Shown piece by piece: positions 18,291-28,000 of a stretch of 37,558 nucleotides of DNA. The stretch comes from an uncultured Thermodesulfobacteriota bacterium (GTDB taxonomy: Bacteria > Desulfobacterota > Deferrisomatia > Deferrisomatales > JACRMM01), in the NCBI GenBank assembly GCA_964548515.1, contig CAZJSF010000004.1, positions 1 to 37,558 on the forward strand, written 5' to 3'. Positions within the stretch are counted from its first letter, which is position 1. Every line of letters begins with the position of its first letter. The notes under the pieces were generated by a model. That model did not search any database and had not been told where the DNA came from. It saw nothing but the letters and a program-made list of their open reading frames with translations. Both the position numbers and the translations under genes were made by a program.

Positions 18291-18480
18291 GGGAGTCGTG
18301 GGTCGGGCCGAGCGGGTGCCCGGCGTTCCCCGCCGGCACCGAGGGGTGGGGGGATCGGGTTCTCCTGGCGTTCCGCTGCCCGGCAGGGGTTTCCGCGCTC
18401 CAGTCCTCCGGCCGCTGTCGCCGCCGGGTGACGGTTCTGGTTCCCGTAAGCGCCCGAGACGAGTATGCTAACGGAGTAGA

Positions 18481-21264
18481 ATGGTGATCCTATCGTCTCG
18501 GAGGCAGTTCGTGCGAAGCAAGTTTCCCCCGGTCGGCGTCCTCCTGATCCTCGTCCTCGCCCTCGGCGGTCTCGTGCAGGCCTTCCCCGGCGGCGAGAAG
18601 AACGGGCTCTTCCACTCCCTGGGCGACCCGTACCCCCGCATCGTCCACCAGGTGTTCTACCACGTGGAGAAGAAGTACGTGGCTCCCGAGCGTGCGTCGC
18701 CGCGCAAGCTCGTGGAGGGAGCGCTCCGCGCCCTGGAGACGCAGTACCCCCAGGTCATCGTGGATCTCCACGAGGAGAAGGGAACCGCGACCGTGCGGGT
18801 CGACACGGTGGAGAAGACCTTCGACCTGAAGCCGGCGGACCGTTTCAGCTCCGCGGCCGACGTGCTCAACACGGTGCTCACCTTCGTCTCGGCAAACCTC
18901 GGCGGGGACGTGGAGAAGCGAGACCTCTACTATTTCGCGCTCAACGGAGCCCTGGGTGCCCTGGATCCCCACTCCAACGCCCTCAACCCGAAGCACTTCA
19001 AGGAGTTCATGATCGGGACGCGGGGGAGCTTCGGGGGGATCGGCTTCGTCTTCGGCATCCGGGACGGGGACATGACCATCATCACCCCCATCGAGGGCAC
19101 GCCGGCCGACCGCGCGGGCCTTCGCAGCGGCGACCGGATCCTCTACATCGACGGCGAGCCCACCATCAACATGCCCGTGGACGTGGCGGCCAACAAGATG
19201 AGGGGAGAACCGGGAACCCAGGTGACCCTGACGATCGCACGGGAGCGGTGGCCCGAGCCCCGGCCGCTGACCTTCACCCGGGAGATCATCCACGTGGACA
19301 GCGTGGAGAGCTACGTCCTGGACGGGAACGGCCAGACGCCGGTCCTCTACGCGAAGGTGAAGAACTTCCAGAAGGACACCACCGACGAACTGCGCCGGGC
19401 CGTGGCCGAGGCCGAGGCGGCCCACCCCGAACTGCGGGGGGTGCTCCTGGATCTCCGGAACAACCCCGGCGGCCTGCTGGAGCAGGCCATCGAGCTGTCG
19501 GACGCCCTGCTGGACGAGGGCGTGATCGTGTCCACCCGGGGACCGGAAGACGACGCCAACTCCAGGGCCGACGCGAAGAAGGACGGCGTCCTGACGACCA
19601 AGCCGGTGGTGGTCCTCGTGAACCAGGGCAGCGCGTCCGCCTCCGAGATCGTCACCGGGGCGCTCAAGGCCTCCCGGGCCCTGGTCGTGGGCCAGAAGAC
19701 CTTCGGCAAGGGCTCGGTCCAGAAGCTCTACCCCCTCACGGACGGCGGAGCACTGAAGATCACCGTCGCCCAGTACCTCACCCCGGGCGACATCTCGATC
19801 CAGTCCATCGGCGTGGAGCCGGACATCACCGTCTACCCCGTCCAGATCAAGCCCGGGCGCGTGCGCCTGGGCCCGCCGCCGAGCCACATGGAGGAGGCGG
19901 ACCTGGAAAACGCCTTCAAGGACTGGGGCAATGCCTCGGAGAAGGCCTGGGCGGAGATCCCGTTCTTCGAGCCGGTGCGGAGCGACGACGACGAGGACGA
20001 GCGCAGCTTCGCGGAGCTGACGCGCGAGGAGAAGCTGACCCGCCTGGCCGAGGACTTCGAGGTCCGCCTCGCCCGGCGGATCCTCGCCGGGGCGAAGCCG
20101 AGCGACCTTCGCTCGGCCCGGTCGGCCCTCCTCGATGCGGCGCGGGCCGCGTTGCCTGCGGTGCTGGAGGAGGAGGAGGAAAAGATCGGCCGTGCCCTGG
20201 CGGAGGTGGCCGTGGACTGGAAGCCCGGTGCGGGGGGTGAGGGAGCCCGACTGGTCGTTCGCGCCGCCGAGGCTGCCCGACTGGAGGCGGGGGGGAAGGC
20301 GTCCGTCACGCTCACGGTCGCCAACGAGGGGACCGCGCCGGCCCATCGCGTCTGGGGGCGCACGGAGTCGGACAACCCGCTGCTGCGCAGCCTCGACTTC
20401 GCGTTCGGCACGATCGGGCCCGGCGAGTCGCGCAGTTGGGCGGCCGAGGTGGAGGCCCCGAAATCGAGCCTGTCCCGCTGGGACACGCTGACCCTCAACC
20501 TGTTCCGGGGACGGGAGGAGGCTGGTTCCGGCGCCGCCGAGGCGGAGACGGTCGCCATCGCGCGTCCGGAATTCGCCTACGCGTACGAGATGACGGACGA
20601 GAACGCCACCGATCCGGCACGGTCCGGCGACGGCGTGCTCGAGGAGGGGGAGAGGGCGGTCCTCTCTGTGCGGCCGCGCAACCGCGGCGACGCCGCCAGC
20701 GAGTCGGCCGAGGTCAACATCCGGGGCACGGAGAAGGAGCAGCTCTACCTCGAGGCCGCGAGGCACAAGGTCGAGGGCCTCGCACCCGGCCAGGAGGCCG
20801 AGGCGAGGATGGCCTTTCGGCTGGTGAAGCCCGACGAGGAGGGCAAGGTCTCCGTGGGGGTGAGCATCTCCGACCGGGACTTCGGCGCCTTCTTCTCCGA
20901 CAACCTGGCCTTCCGCGTGGGCGAGGCCTATGCCCGCCGTGAGTCCCGGGTGCCCCCCGCCATCGGGTTCGAGGCGCGGCCGCCGCTGCGGACGTCCAAG
21001 GAGAAGGTCTCGCTGGAACTGGCGGTTACGGACGACGAGGAGGTGAAGGAGTTCTACGCCTACCTCGGGGACAAGAAGATCCGTTACGAACGGAACCGCG
21101 ACGGCGGGAAGCGGCTGCGCCTGAAGCTCACGGTACCCCTCGAGGTCGGCTCCAACCGCCTGGTCCTCGCCGCCCGGGACCAGAAGGACCTCCTGACGAG
21201 CCAGACGTTCTTCATCTTCCGAACCGCGGGAGACAGTGCCGGTCCCGAGCTCGGGATGCGCTGA
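18481..21264 (+). CDS. S41-family C-terminal processing peptidase with PDZ domain and ~450-aa C-terminal extension
   Basis: 927 aa. It has an N-terminal TM/signal anchor and a PDZ domain (GGIGFVFGIRDGDMTIITPIEGTPADRAGLRSGDRILYIDG). The catalytic Ser and Lys motifs are GSASASEIVTGALK and KTFGKGSVQK. An acidic linker follows, then three beta-sandwich-like modules. Confidence 0.88.
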   Translation: MVILSSRRQFVRSKFPPVGVLLILVLALGGLVQAFPGGEKNGLFHSLGDPYPRIVHQVFYHVEKKYVAPERASPRKLVEGALRALETQYPQVIVDLHEEKGTATVRVDTVEKTFDLKPADRFSSAADVLNTVLTFVSANLGGDVEKRDLYYFALNGALGALDPHSNALNPKHFKEFMIGTRGSFGGIGFVFGIRDGDMTIITPIEGTPADRAGLRSGDRILYIDGEPTINMPVDVAANKMRGEPGTQVTLTIARERWPEPRPLTFTREIIHVDSVESYVLDGNGQTPVLYAKVKNFQKDTTDELRRAVAEAEAAHPELRGVLLDLRNNPGGLLEQAIELSDALLDEGVIVSTRGPEDDANSRADAKKDGVLTTKPVVVLVNQGSASASEIVTGALKASRALVVGQKTFGKGSVQKLYPLTDGGALKITVAQYLTPGDISIQSIGVEPDITVYPVQIKPGRVRLGPPPSHMEEADLENAFKDWGNASEKAWAEIPFFEPVRSDDDEDERSFAELTREEKLTRLAEDFEVRLARRILAGAKPSDLRSARSALLDAARAALPAVLEEEEEKIGRALAEVAVDWKPGAGGEGARLVVRAAEAARLEAGGKASVTLTVANEGTAPAHRVWGRTESDNPLLRSLDFAFGTIGPGESRSWAAEVEAPKSSLSRWDTLTLNLFRGREEAGSGAAEAETVAIARPEFAYAYEMTDENATDPARSGDGVLEEGERAVLSVRPRNRGDAASESAEVNIRGTEKEQLYLEAARHKVEGLAPGQEAEARMAFRLVKPDEEGKVSVGVSISDRDFGAFFSDNLAFRVGEAYARRESRVPPAIGFEARPPLRTSKEKVSLELAVTDDEEVKEFYAYLGDKKIRYERNRDGGKRLRLKLTVPLEVGSNRLVLAARDQKDLLTSQTFFIFRTAGDSAGPELGMR

Positions 21265-21269
21265 ACATC

Positions 21270-21298
21270 CGGAGCCGGTCCCGTCGGGGCCGGCTCCG
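21270..21298 (+). other. 13-bp GC-rich hairpin between the peptidase gene and era
   Basis: CGGAGCCGGTCCC-gtc-GGGGCCGGCTCCG with one G-U pair and no U tract. It could be a weak terminator or a processing/attenuation element. Confidence 0.35.
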
Positions 21299-21314
21299 CA
21301 GCACGTGCCTCTGG

Positions 21315-22202
21315 ATGCCGACTCCCATCACACACTCCGGTTTCGTGGGCTTGCTGGGCCGCCCCAACGTCGGCAAGTCGACCTTGCTGAACCGGGTGCT
21401 GGGGCAGAAGCTCGCCATCACGAGCCCCAAGCCCCAGACCACCCGCAACCGCCTGGCCGGGGTAGTCAACCGCGGGCCCGCGCAGCTGGTGTTCCTGGAC
21501 ACGCCCGGCGTTCACCGGGGCAGCAAGCCGATCAACCGGTACATGGAGCGGGAGGCCCTCGCCTGCCTCCCCGACGTGGACGCGATCGTCCTGCTGGTGG
21601 ACGCGGCGGAGGGGCGCCGGGCCGACGACGAGGAACTCGCCCGCAGGCTATCGGGCGCCCGGGTGCCGATCATCCTGGCCGTGAACAAGGCCGACGTCGG
21701 GCGGACGTCGACCGACGCGTTCTCGTCGCTCCTGCCCTTTCACAGCGTGCACCGGATCTCGGCCTTGACCGGCGCCGGCGTCGAGGCGCTGCTGGACGAT
21801 CTCGTCTCCCTGCTTCCGGAGGGACCCGAGTACTTCCCGGACGACGCCCTCACCGATCGGTCGGAGCGCTTCATCGCCCAGGAGTTCATCCGCGAGAAGG
21901 TGTTCGAGCTCACCGGCGAGGAGGTGCCCTACAGCGTCGCCGTCACGGTGGAGTCGTGGAAGGAGCGCGAGAACGGGATGGTGGTGGTGCACGCGACGAT
22001 CCACGTGGAGCGCGACAGCCAGAAGGGGATGGTGATCGGCAAGGGAGGGCACCTGATCAAGGCCATCGGCCAGCGGGCCCGTGAGGACCTGGAGGCCCTG
22101 CTCGGGACCTCCGTGTTCCTGGACCTCCACGTGGCGGTGGAGCACAACTGGACGCGGGACCCCCGGGCCCTGCGGCGCTTCGGGTACGAGGCGCCCCGAT
22201 GA
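21315..22202 (+). CDS. era: GTPase Era
   Basis: 295 aa: GFVGLLGRPNVGKSTLLN, DTPG, NKAD and a KH-domain C-terminus (KGMVIGKGGHLIKAIG). Confidence 0.95.
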   Translation: MPTPITHSGFVGLLGRPNVGKSTLLNRVLGQKLAITSPKPQTTRNRLAGVVNRGPAQLVFLDTPGVHRGSKPINRYMEREALACLPDVDAIVLLVDAAEGRRADDEELARRLSGARVPIILAVNKADVGRTSTDAFSSLLPFHSVHRISALTGAGVEALLDDLVSLLPEGPEYFPDDALTDRSERFIAQEFIREKVFELTGEEVPYSVAVTVESWKERENGMVVVHATIHVERDSQKGMVIGKGGHLIKAIGQRAREDLEALLGTSVFLDLHVAVEHNWTRDPRALRRFGYEAPR

Positions 22203-23527
22203 TCGTAGCCATCGTGGGGCGCCCGAACGTGGGCAAGTCCACCCTCTTCAACCGGCTGGCGGGCCGCCGGCTCGCGATCGTGGAGGACGTTCCCGGGGTG
22301 ACGCGGGACCGCCACTACACGGAGGTCGACTGGGGAGACCGGCGCTTCATGCTCGTGGACACGGGGGGCCTGGACCCGGACTCGGCGGACGACCTCGTGG
22401 TCCAGACGGGCCGCCAGGCGGCGCAGGCCGTGGAGGAGGCGGACCTCATCCTCTTCGTGGTGGACGCCCACCAGGGCATGCTCCCCCCGGACGTGGAGAT
22501 CGCGCGCTACCTGCGCCAGCGGTCCAAGGACGTGATCCTGGTCGCGAACAAGGTGGACGGACCGCGCTGGGAAGCCTCGGCCGCCGAGTTCCACGCCGTG
22601 GGCTTCCCCGACGTGGTCGCGATCTCCGCGGAGCACGGGCGGGGGGTCGGCGAGCTCGACGACCTGCTGGAGGGCCGGATCCCGGTTTCCGAGGCGGGGC
22701 CGGAGTCCAGCGGCGACGAGATCCGGATCGCGGTCCTGGGCAGGCCGAACGTGGGGAAGAGCTCCCTGGTCAACCGGGTGGCGGGGCGCGAGCGGGTCGT
22801 GGTGAGCGACCGGCCCGGGACCACCCGCGACCCGATCGACCAGCGGGTGCGGGTGCAGGGGAGGAACTATCTGCTCATCGACACCGCCGGCATCCGCCGC
22901 CGGAGCCGGGTGGAGGAGGGGGCGGAGAGGTGGAGCTCGCTGCGGGCCATCCGGACGATCGAGCGGGCCCAGGTCTGCGTGGTGCTGGCCGACGCCACCG
23001 AGGGATGGACGGACCAGGACGCCCGCATCCTGTCCCTGGTGCTGAAAGGGGGCAGGGGGGCCGTCCTGTGCCTCAACAAGTGGGATGCCGTGTCCAAGGA
23101 CGAGAAGACCTTCGACCGGACGGTCAAGGAACTGCGGGCGCGCCTGGGCCCCAACGGCCACGTGCCCATCCTCAGCCTCTCGGCCCTGAGCGGGCAGCGG
23201 GTCCCGAAGATCTTCGAGGCGGTGGACCGGGTCTACGAGGAGTGGGTCCGGCGGGTGCCCACGGCCCAGGTGAACGCCTTCCTGGAGGGGGTGCTGCGGG
23301 AACTCGCGCCGCCGGTGGTGGGGGGGAAGAGAACGCGCATCTACTACATGACCCAGGTGACTTCGGCCCCGCCCCGCTTCGCGGCCTTCGCCAGCAACGC
23401 GGAGACGCTGCCCGCCTCGTACCGGCGCTTCCTGCTCAACCGCCTGCGGGACGAGTTCGGGTTCCAGGGGGTGCCGGTGTCCATCCACTTCCGGCGCCGG
23501 ACGCGGCCCGGCCCCGACGGGGGCTAG
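22199..23527 (+). CDS. der: Ribosome biogenesis GTPase Der (EngA)
   Basis: 442 aa with two tandem GTPase domains (GRPNVGKSTLFN...DTGG...NKVD and GRPNVGKSSLVN...DTAG...NKWD). There is an ATGA overlap with era. Confidence 0.95.
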   Translation: MIVAIVGRPNVGKSTLFNRLAGRRLAIVEDVPGVTRDRHYTEVDWGDRRFMLVDTGGLDPDSADDLVVQTGRQAAQAVEEADLILFVVDAHQGMLPPDVEIARYLRQRSKDVILVANKVDGPRWEASAAEFHAVGFPDVVAISAEHGRGVGELDDLLEGRIPVSEAGPESSGDEIRIAVLGRPNVGKSSLVNRVAGRERVVVSDRPGTTRDPIDQRVRVQGRNYLLIDTAGIRRRSRVEEGAERWSSLRAIRTIERAQVCVVLADATEGWTDQDARILSLVLKGGRGAVLCLNKWDAVSKDEKTFDRTVKELRARLGPNGHVPILSLSALSGQRVPKIFEAVDRVYEEWVRRVPTAQVNAFLEGVLRELAPPVVGGKRTRIYYMTQVTSAPPRFAAFASNAETLPASYRRFLLNRLRDEFGFQGVPVSIHFRRRTRPGPDGG

Positions 23528-23605
23528 GGAAGCCGCCGTTCCCGTCGACCAGACGAGCCCCGACGGTTCCCGCTCGAGCGGTGGAGGCCGGGGGAGGAGA
23601 AGACC

Positions 23606-24790
23606 GTGATCGGGAATCCTGACCTCGCGGAGCTCCGGGGCCGCGCCGAGCGCTTTCGGGAGGAACTGAGAGCTGACGGGATCCCCGCGGCCCTCCTGGT
23701 CCAGAACGTCGGTCGGTACTACCTCTCGGGGACGATGCAGGCGGGCTTCGTGGTTCTCCCTCCGGAGGGGGGGCCCCTCGTCCTCGTGCGTCGGGATCCC
23801 GAGCGGGCCGCCGCGGAGTCCCCCTTCGACGTCAGCGCCCTGGCGAGCCTGCGGGACCTGTCGTCGCGCCTGCGCCAACTCCTCGGGGAGATCCCCTCGC
23901 CCCTCGGTCTGGAACTGGACGTCCTGCCCGTGCACCAGTTGGAGCGGCTGCGGGGGCTCCTGCCCGGGGTCGAGTTCGCCGACGCCAGCCGGGCCCTCCA
24001 GCGGGCCCGGGCGGTGAAGAGCCCCTTCGAAGTCGAACACATCCGCGAAGCGGCCCGGGTCGTCGCCGAGGTGGTCGGGCGGGTCCCGGCCTTCCTGGGC
24101 GAGGGCGTCTCGGAACTCGAACTCACCGCGCGCCTGGAGTGCGAGCTGCGGCTCCGGGGCCACGGAGGGGTCACGCGGATGCGGGGGTTCAACCAGGAGA
24201 TCTTCTACGGGCACGTGATGGCGGGGCCGACGGCCGCCGCGCTCTCCTTCCTCGACGCTCCCACCGGGGGCGAGGGGATGGGGCCCGCGTTGGCCCAGGG
24301 GTCGAGCCCGCGGCGCATCCGGCCGGGCGAGCCCGTGGTGGTCGATCTCGTGGGCAACTGCGCCGGGTACCTCTCCGACCAGACCCGGATGTTCTCCCTC
24401 GGCGAGCCCGAGGAACCCTTCGCCGAGGCCTACCAGGCCGCCGTCGAGGTCCAGCGGGCCGTGGCCGAGGCCGCGGTTCCCGGCGCGAACGCCGGGGACT
24501 TGTACCGCACCGCACTGGAGGCGGCGTCGAGGACGCCCTTCGCCGCGCAGTTCATGGGGGAGAGCCAGAAGGTGGCCTTCGTGGGGCACGGAATCGGGCT
24601 CGAAGTCGATGAGTTCCCCTTCCTGGCCCGGGGTGCGGACTTGCGTCTGGCGGAGGGCATGGTAGTTGCCGTGGAGCCGAAGTTCATCTTCGAGCGGCGC
24701 GGGGTCGTGGGTGTGGAGGACACCTTCCTGATCACGAAGGACGGGGCCGAGCGGCTCACCCCGTCGCCCCAGACGTGGGGACTCGTGTAG
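23606..24790 (+). CDS. M24-family metallopeptidase (Xaa-Pro aminopeptidase/creatinase-like)
   Basis: 394 aa with GTG start after GGAGGAG. The pita-bread metal ligand pattern is VVVDLVGNCAGYLSDQTR, HGIGLEVDE, VVAVEP and GVEDTFLIT. Confidence 0.85.
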   Translation: MIGNPDLAELRGRAERFREELRADGIPAALLVQNVGRYYLSGTMQAGFVVLPPEGGPLVLVRRDPERAAAESPFDVSALASLRDLSSRLRQLLGEIPSPLGLELDVLPVHQLERLRGLLPGVEFADASRALQRARAVKSPFEVEHIREAARVVAEVVGRVPAFLGEGVSELELTARLECELRLRGHGGVTRMRGFNQEIFYGHVMAGPTAAALSFLDAPTGGEGMGPALAQGSSPRRIRPGEPVVVDLVGNCAGYLSDQTRMFSLGEPEEPFAEAYQAAVEVQRAVAEAAVPGANAGDLYRTALEAASRTPFAAQFMGESQKVAFVGHGIGLEVDEFPFLARGADLRLAEGMVVAVEPKFIFERRGVVGVEDTFLITKDGAERLTPSPQTWGLV

Positions 24791-24801
24791 AGGAGGACGC
24801 C

Positions 24802-25029
24802 GTGGGCGGTTGGACGCGGGACAAGCTCCGGCAGTGGTGGTGGATCGCCTTCGCCCTGGGGCTGCTCATGATCAACTACCCCTTCCTGCAGATCTTCAAC
24901 ACCTCCGCCTTCGTCTTCGGCCTTCCCCTCCTCTTCCTGTACTTCTTCGTGGGCTGGGCCGTGAGCATCGGGGTGATCGTCGTCTACGCCGTGGCCCTCC
25001 GGAGGGCGCCGCCGGAGGAGCAGCGGTAG
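24802..25029 (+). CDS. Small two-TM membrane protein (possible accessory subunit of the downstream SSS domain)
   Basis: ORF 24775..25029 trimmed to GTG 24802 (GGAGG 5 nt upstream, immediately after the M24 stop). It encodes 75 aa with two hydrophobic helices (WWWIAFALGLLMINYPFL and FGLPLLFLYFFVGWAVSIGVIVVYAVAL). Codon usage matches its neighbours. Confidence 0.6.
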   Translation: MGGWTRDKLRQWWWIAFALGLLMINYPFLQIFNTSAFVFGLPLLFLYFFVGWAVSIGVIVVYAVALRRAPPEEQR

Positions 25030-25084
25030 TGGCTGCCCCGGCCGCAACCTCTCCCCGCGGCCCAGGGCCGGCGCGGCGGCCCCG

Positions 25085-28000
25085 GTGATCCTCTCCCCGC
25101 TGCGCGTCGCGGCGATCGCCTTCGGGTACCTCCTGCTCCTGTTCGGCGTCGCGTACTGGGCCGAGCGCCGGAAGGACCGCGGGCGCAGCATCATCTCCAA
25201 CCCGCTCGTCTACGCGCTCTCCATCGGCGTCTACTGCACCTCCTGGACCTTCTACGGAAGCGTGGGGAGGGCGGCGACCTCTGGGTTCAACTTCCTCGCC
25301 GTCTACCTCGGGCCGACCCTGGTGGCGTTCTCCTGGTGGGCGCTGCTCCGCCGCATGGTCCGGATCGCACGCCAGAACCACATCACGTCGATCTCGGACT
25401 TCGTCGCCTCCCGCTACGGGAAGAGCGGCCGGATCGGCGCCATCGTCGCCCTCATGGCGATCGTGGGCAACGCCCCCTACATCGGTCTCCAGCTGAAGGC
25501 CGTCTCGTCCACCTTCGATCTCCTCACCGACTACGTGCCGGGTGGGCTGGTGTCGGCCGGCAGCGCGGCCCAACCCTTCTACCAGGACACGGCCTTCGTG
25601 GTCGCCCTGGTGCTCGGGGTCTTCGGGGGGATGTACGGGGCCCGGGCGCTCGACCCCTCGGAGCGCCACGAGGGGATGATCGCGGCGGTGGCGCTGGAGA
25701 GCGTGGTGAAGCTCACGGCGTTCCTGGCGGCGGGGGCCTTCGTCACCTGGGGGGTCTTCGACGGGTTCGGCGACATCTTCCAGCGGATCGCGCAGCGCCC
25801 GGACTCCGCGCATCTCCTGACCTTCGGCCACGGCACGTCGGAGTCCTTCGCGTCCTGGTTCACCTTGCTGTACCTGTCGAGCGCCTCGGTCATGCTCCTC
25901 CCACGGCAGTTCCACGTGATGGTGGTGGAGAACTGCTCCGAGGAGCACATCCGGGACGCCATGTGGGTGTTTCCGCTGTACCTGTTCCTCATCAACATCT
26001 TCGTCATCCCCGTGGCCTTCGGGGGCCTCCTCGCATTCGGCGACGCCGCCTCGGCCGACACCTTCGTGCTGCAGCTGCCGCTGCGGGAGGGGTGGCGGGT
26101 GCTGGCGCTGTTCGTGTTCCTGGGCGGCCTCTCCGCAGCCACCGGCATGGTGGTCGTCTCCTCGGTGGCGCTCTCGACGATGTTCCTGAACAACCTGGCC
26201 ATGCCGGTGCTCCTGAAGATCGGGTGGCCCCGCCGCCTGGCCCCGTACCTGATCCACGTCAAGCGCATCGGGATCATGGGTGTCATCCTGCTCGGCTACA
26301 CCTACTACCGGCTGCTGGGCGAGGAGTTCATGCTCGTGAACATCGGGCTCCTCAGTTTCGGGGCCGTGGCGCAGTTCGCGCCCGCCCTGATCGGGGGCCT
26401 CTACTGGAGGAGCGCCACGGCCCGGGGAGCGGGCGCCGGCCTGCTCATGGGGTTCGCCGGGTGGCTCTACATGTTCCTGGTGCCCGCGCTGGCCCAGGCC
26501 GGATGGCTCCCCTCGGGCATCGTCGAGGAGGGGCCGTGGGGCGTCGGGCTGCTGCGTCCCACAGCCTTCCTCGGGCTCGAGGGGCTCGACATCTGGACCC
26601 ACGGGCTCTTCTGGTCCACGTTCTTCAACGCGGGTTCGTTCCTCGCGGTGAGCCTGTTCACGCGGCCTTCGCTGTCCGAGATCGAGCAGGGCCAGCGCTT
26701 CGTCGAGGCCCTGGGGCGGCCCGAGTTCCGGCGGCCCGAGTTCCGGCTCGCCCGGGCGCCGTCGGTGGACGAGTTCGAGCAGTTGCTGGCGAAGTTCGTG
26801 GGCGACGACAAGGCCCGGCAGAAGATGACCGAGTTCTTCGGCCGGGCGGACTACGGGGCGGACGCCCTGGTCTCCGACCACACGCGGCTGGAGCTCCGGG
26901 GCTTCGTCGAGCGGACCCTGGCCGGGGCGGTGGGACCGGCGGCCGCGAGCCAGGTGGTGGAACGCTACCTCGCGCTCAAGGGGACGACCCTGGAGGAGAT
27001 CTTCGACGTCTTCGGGGCCGTCTCCCTCTCCCTGGAGGAGAGCCGCGAGGAGCTCCAGAGCCGCGTCCTCGAGCTCTCCGTGCTGTTCGAGGCCTCGAAG
27101 AGGGTGGCGGCCACACTGGAGGAGGGGGAGGCCATCGACGCCGTCCTGGACCTGATCGCGAGCGAGTTCGGCCTCGAGTGCCAGGGGGTCTTCCTGGTTC
27201 GCGGCGGAGTGCTCGAGGCGCGGCGGGCCCGGGGCTTCCCCGCGTCCTACGGCGACGTCCTGGCTCTTCCTGCCGGCCGCCGTTCCTGCGTGGCCGAGGC
27301 GGCCGCGCAGGCCCGGACCGTGTCGGTCGCAGGCGACCACGAGGCGGGGGAAGCGCTGTCGGTCGAAGCCTCGCTCAGCCCGGGGCTGGCGTCCGTGATC
27401 GCCACCCCCATCCTCCAGGAGGGCCGCGTACTCGGAGTGCTGGCGGCCGCCAGCCACCGGCGGCGGGGGGGGTTCTCGGAGAAGTTCGTGGAGGCCTTCG
27501 AGGCCCTGGCCAGCGAACTGGCCCTGGCCATCATCAACGCGCGCCTCTACGACGAGGTGCGGGAGCTCAACCGGACCCTGGAACAGAAGGTCCAGGAACG
27601 GACCCACGCGCTGGAGGAGGCCAACCGGAACCTGCAGGAACTCGATCGCCTCAAGAGCGAGTTCCTGGCCAACATGAGCCACGAGCTGCGCACCCCCATG
27701 AACTCCATCCTCGGGTACACGCGGCTCGTCCTCGACGGCGTCGACGGCCCCGTGAGCGACGAGCAGAGGAAGAGCCTGGCGCGGGTGGAGAAGAACGCCG
27801 AGCACCTGCTGCGGCTCATCAACGACATCCTCGACCTCTCCAAGATCGAGGCCGGGCGCATGGACCTGGAGGTGCATCCCTTCGATCTCGGTGCGCTGGC
27901 CCTGGAGGTGGCGGAGGACCTGCGGGCGCTGGCCGAACCGAAGGGCATCGAGTGCCGGGCCGTGGTCGAACCCGGGGACGTGCGGATCGAGGCCGACCCG

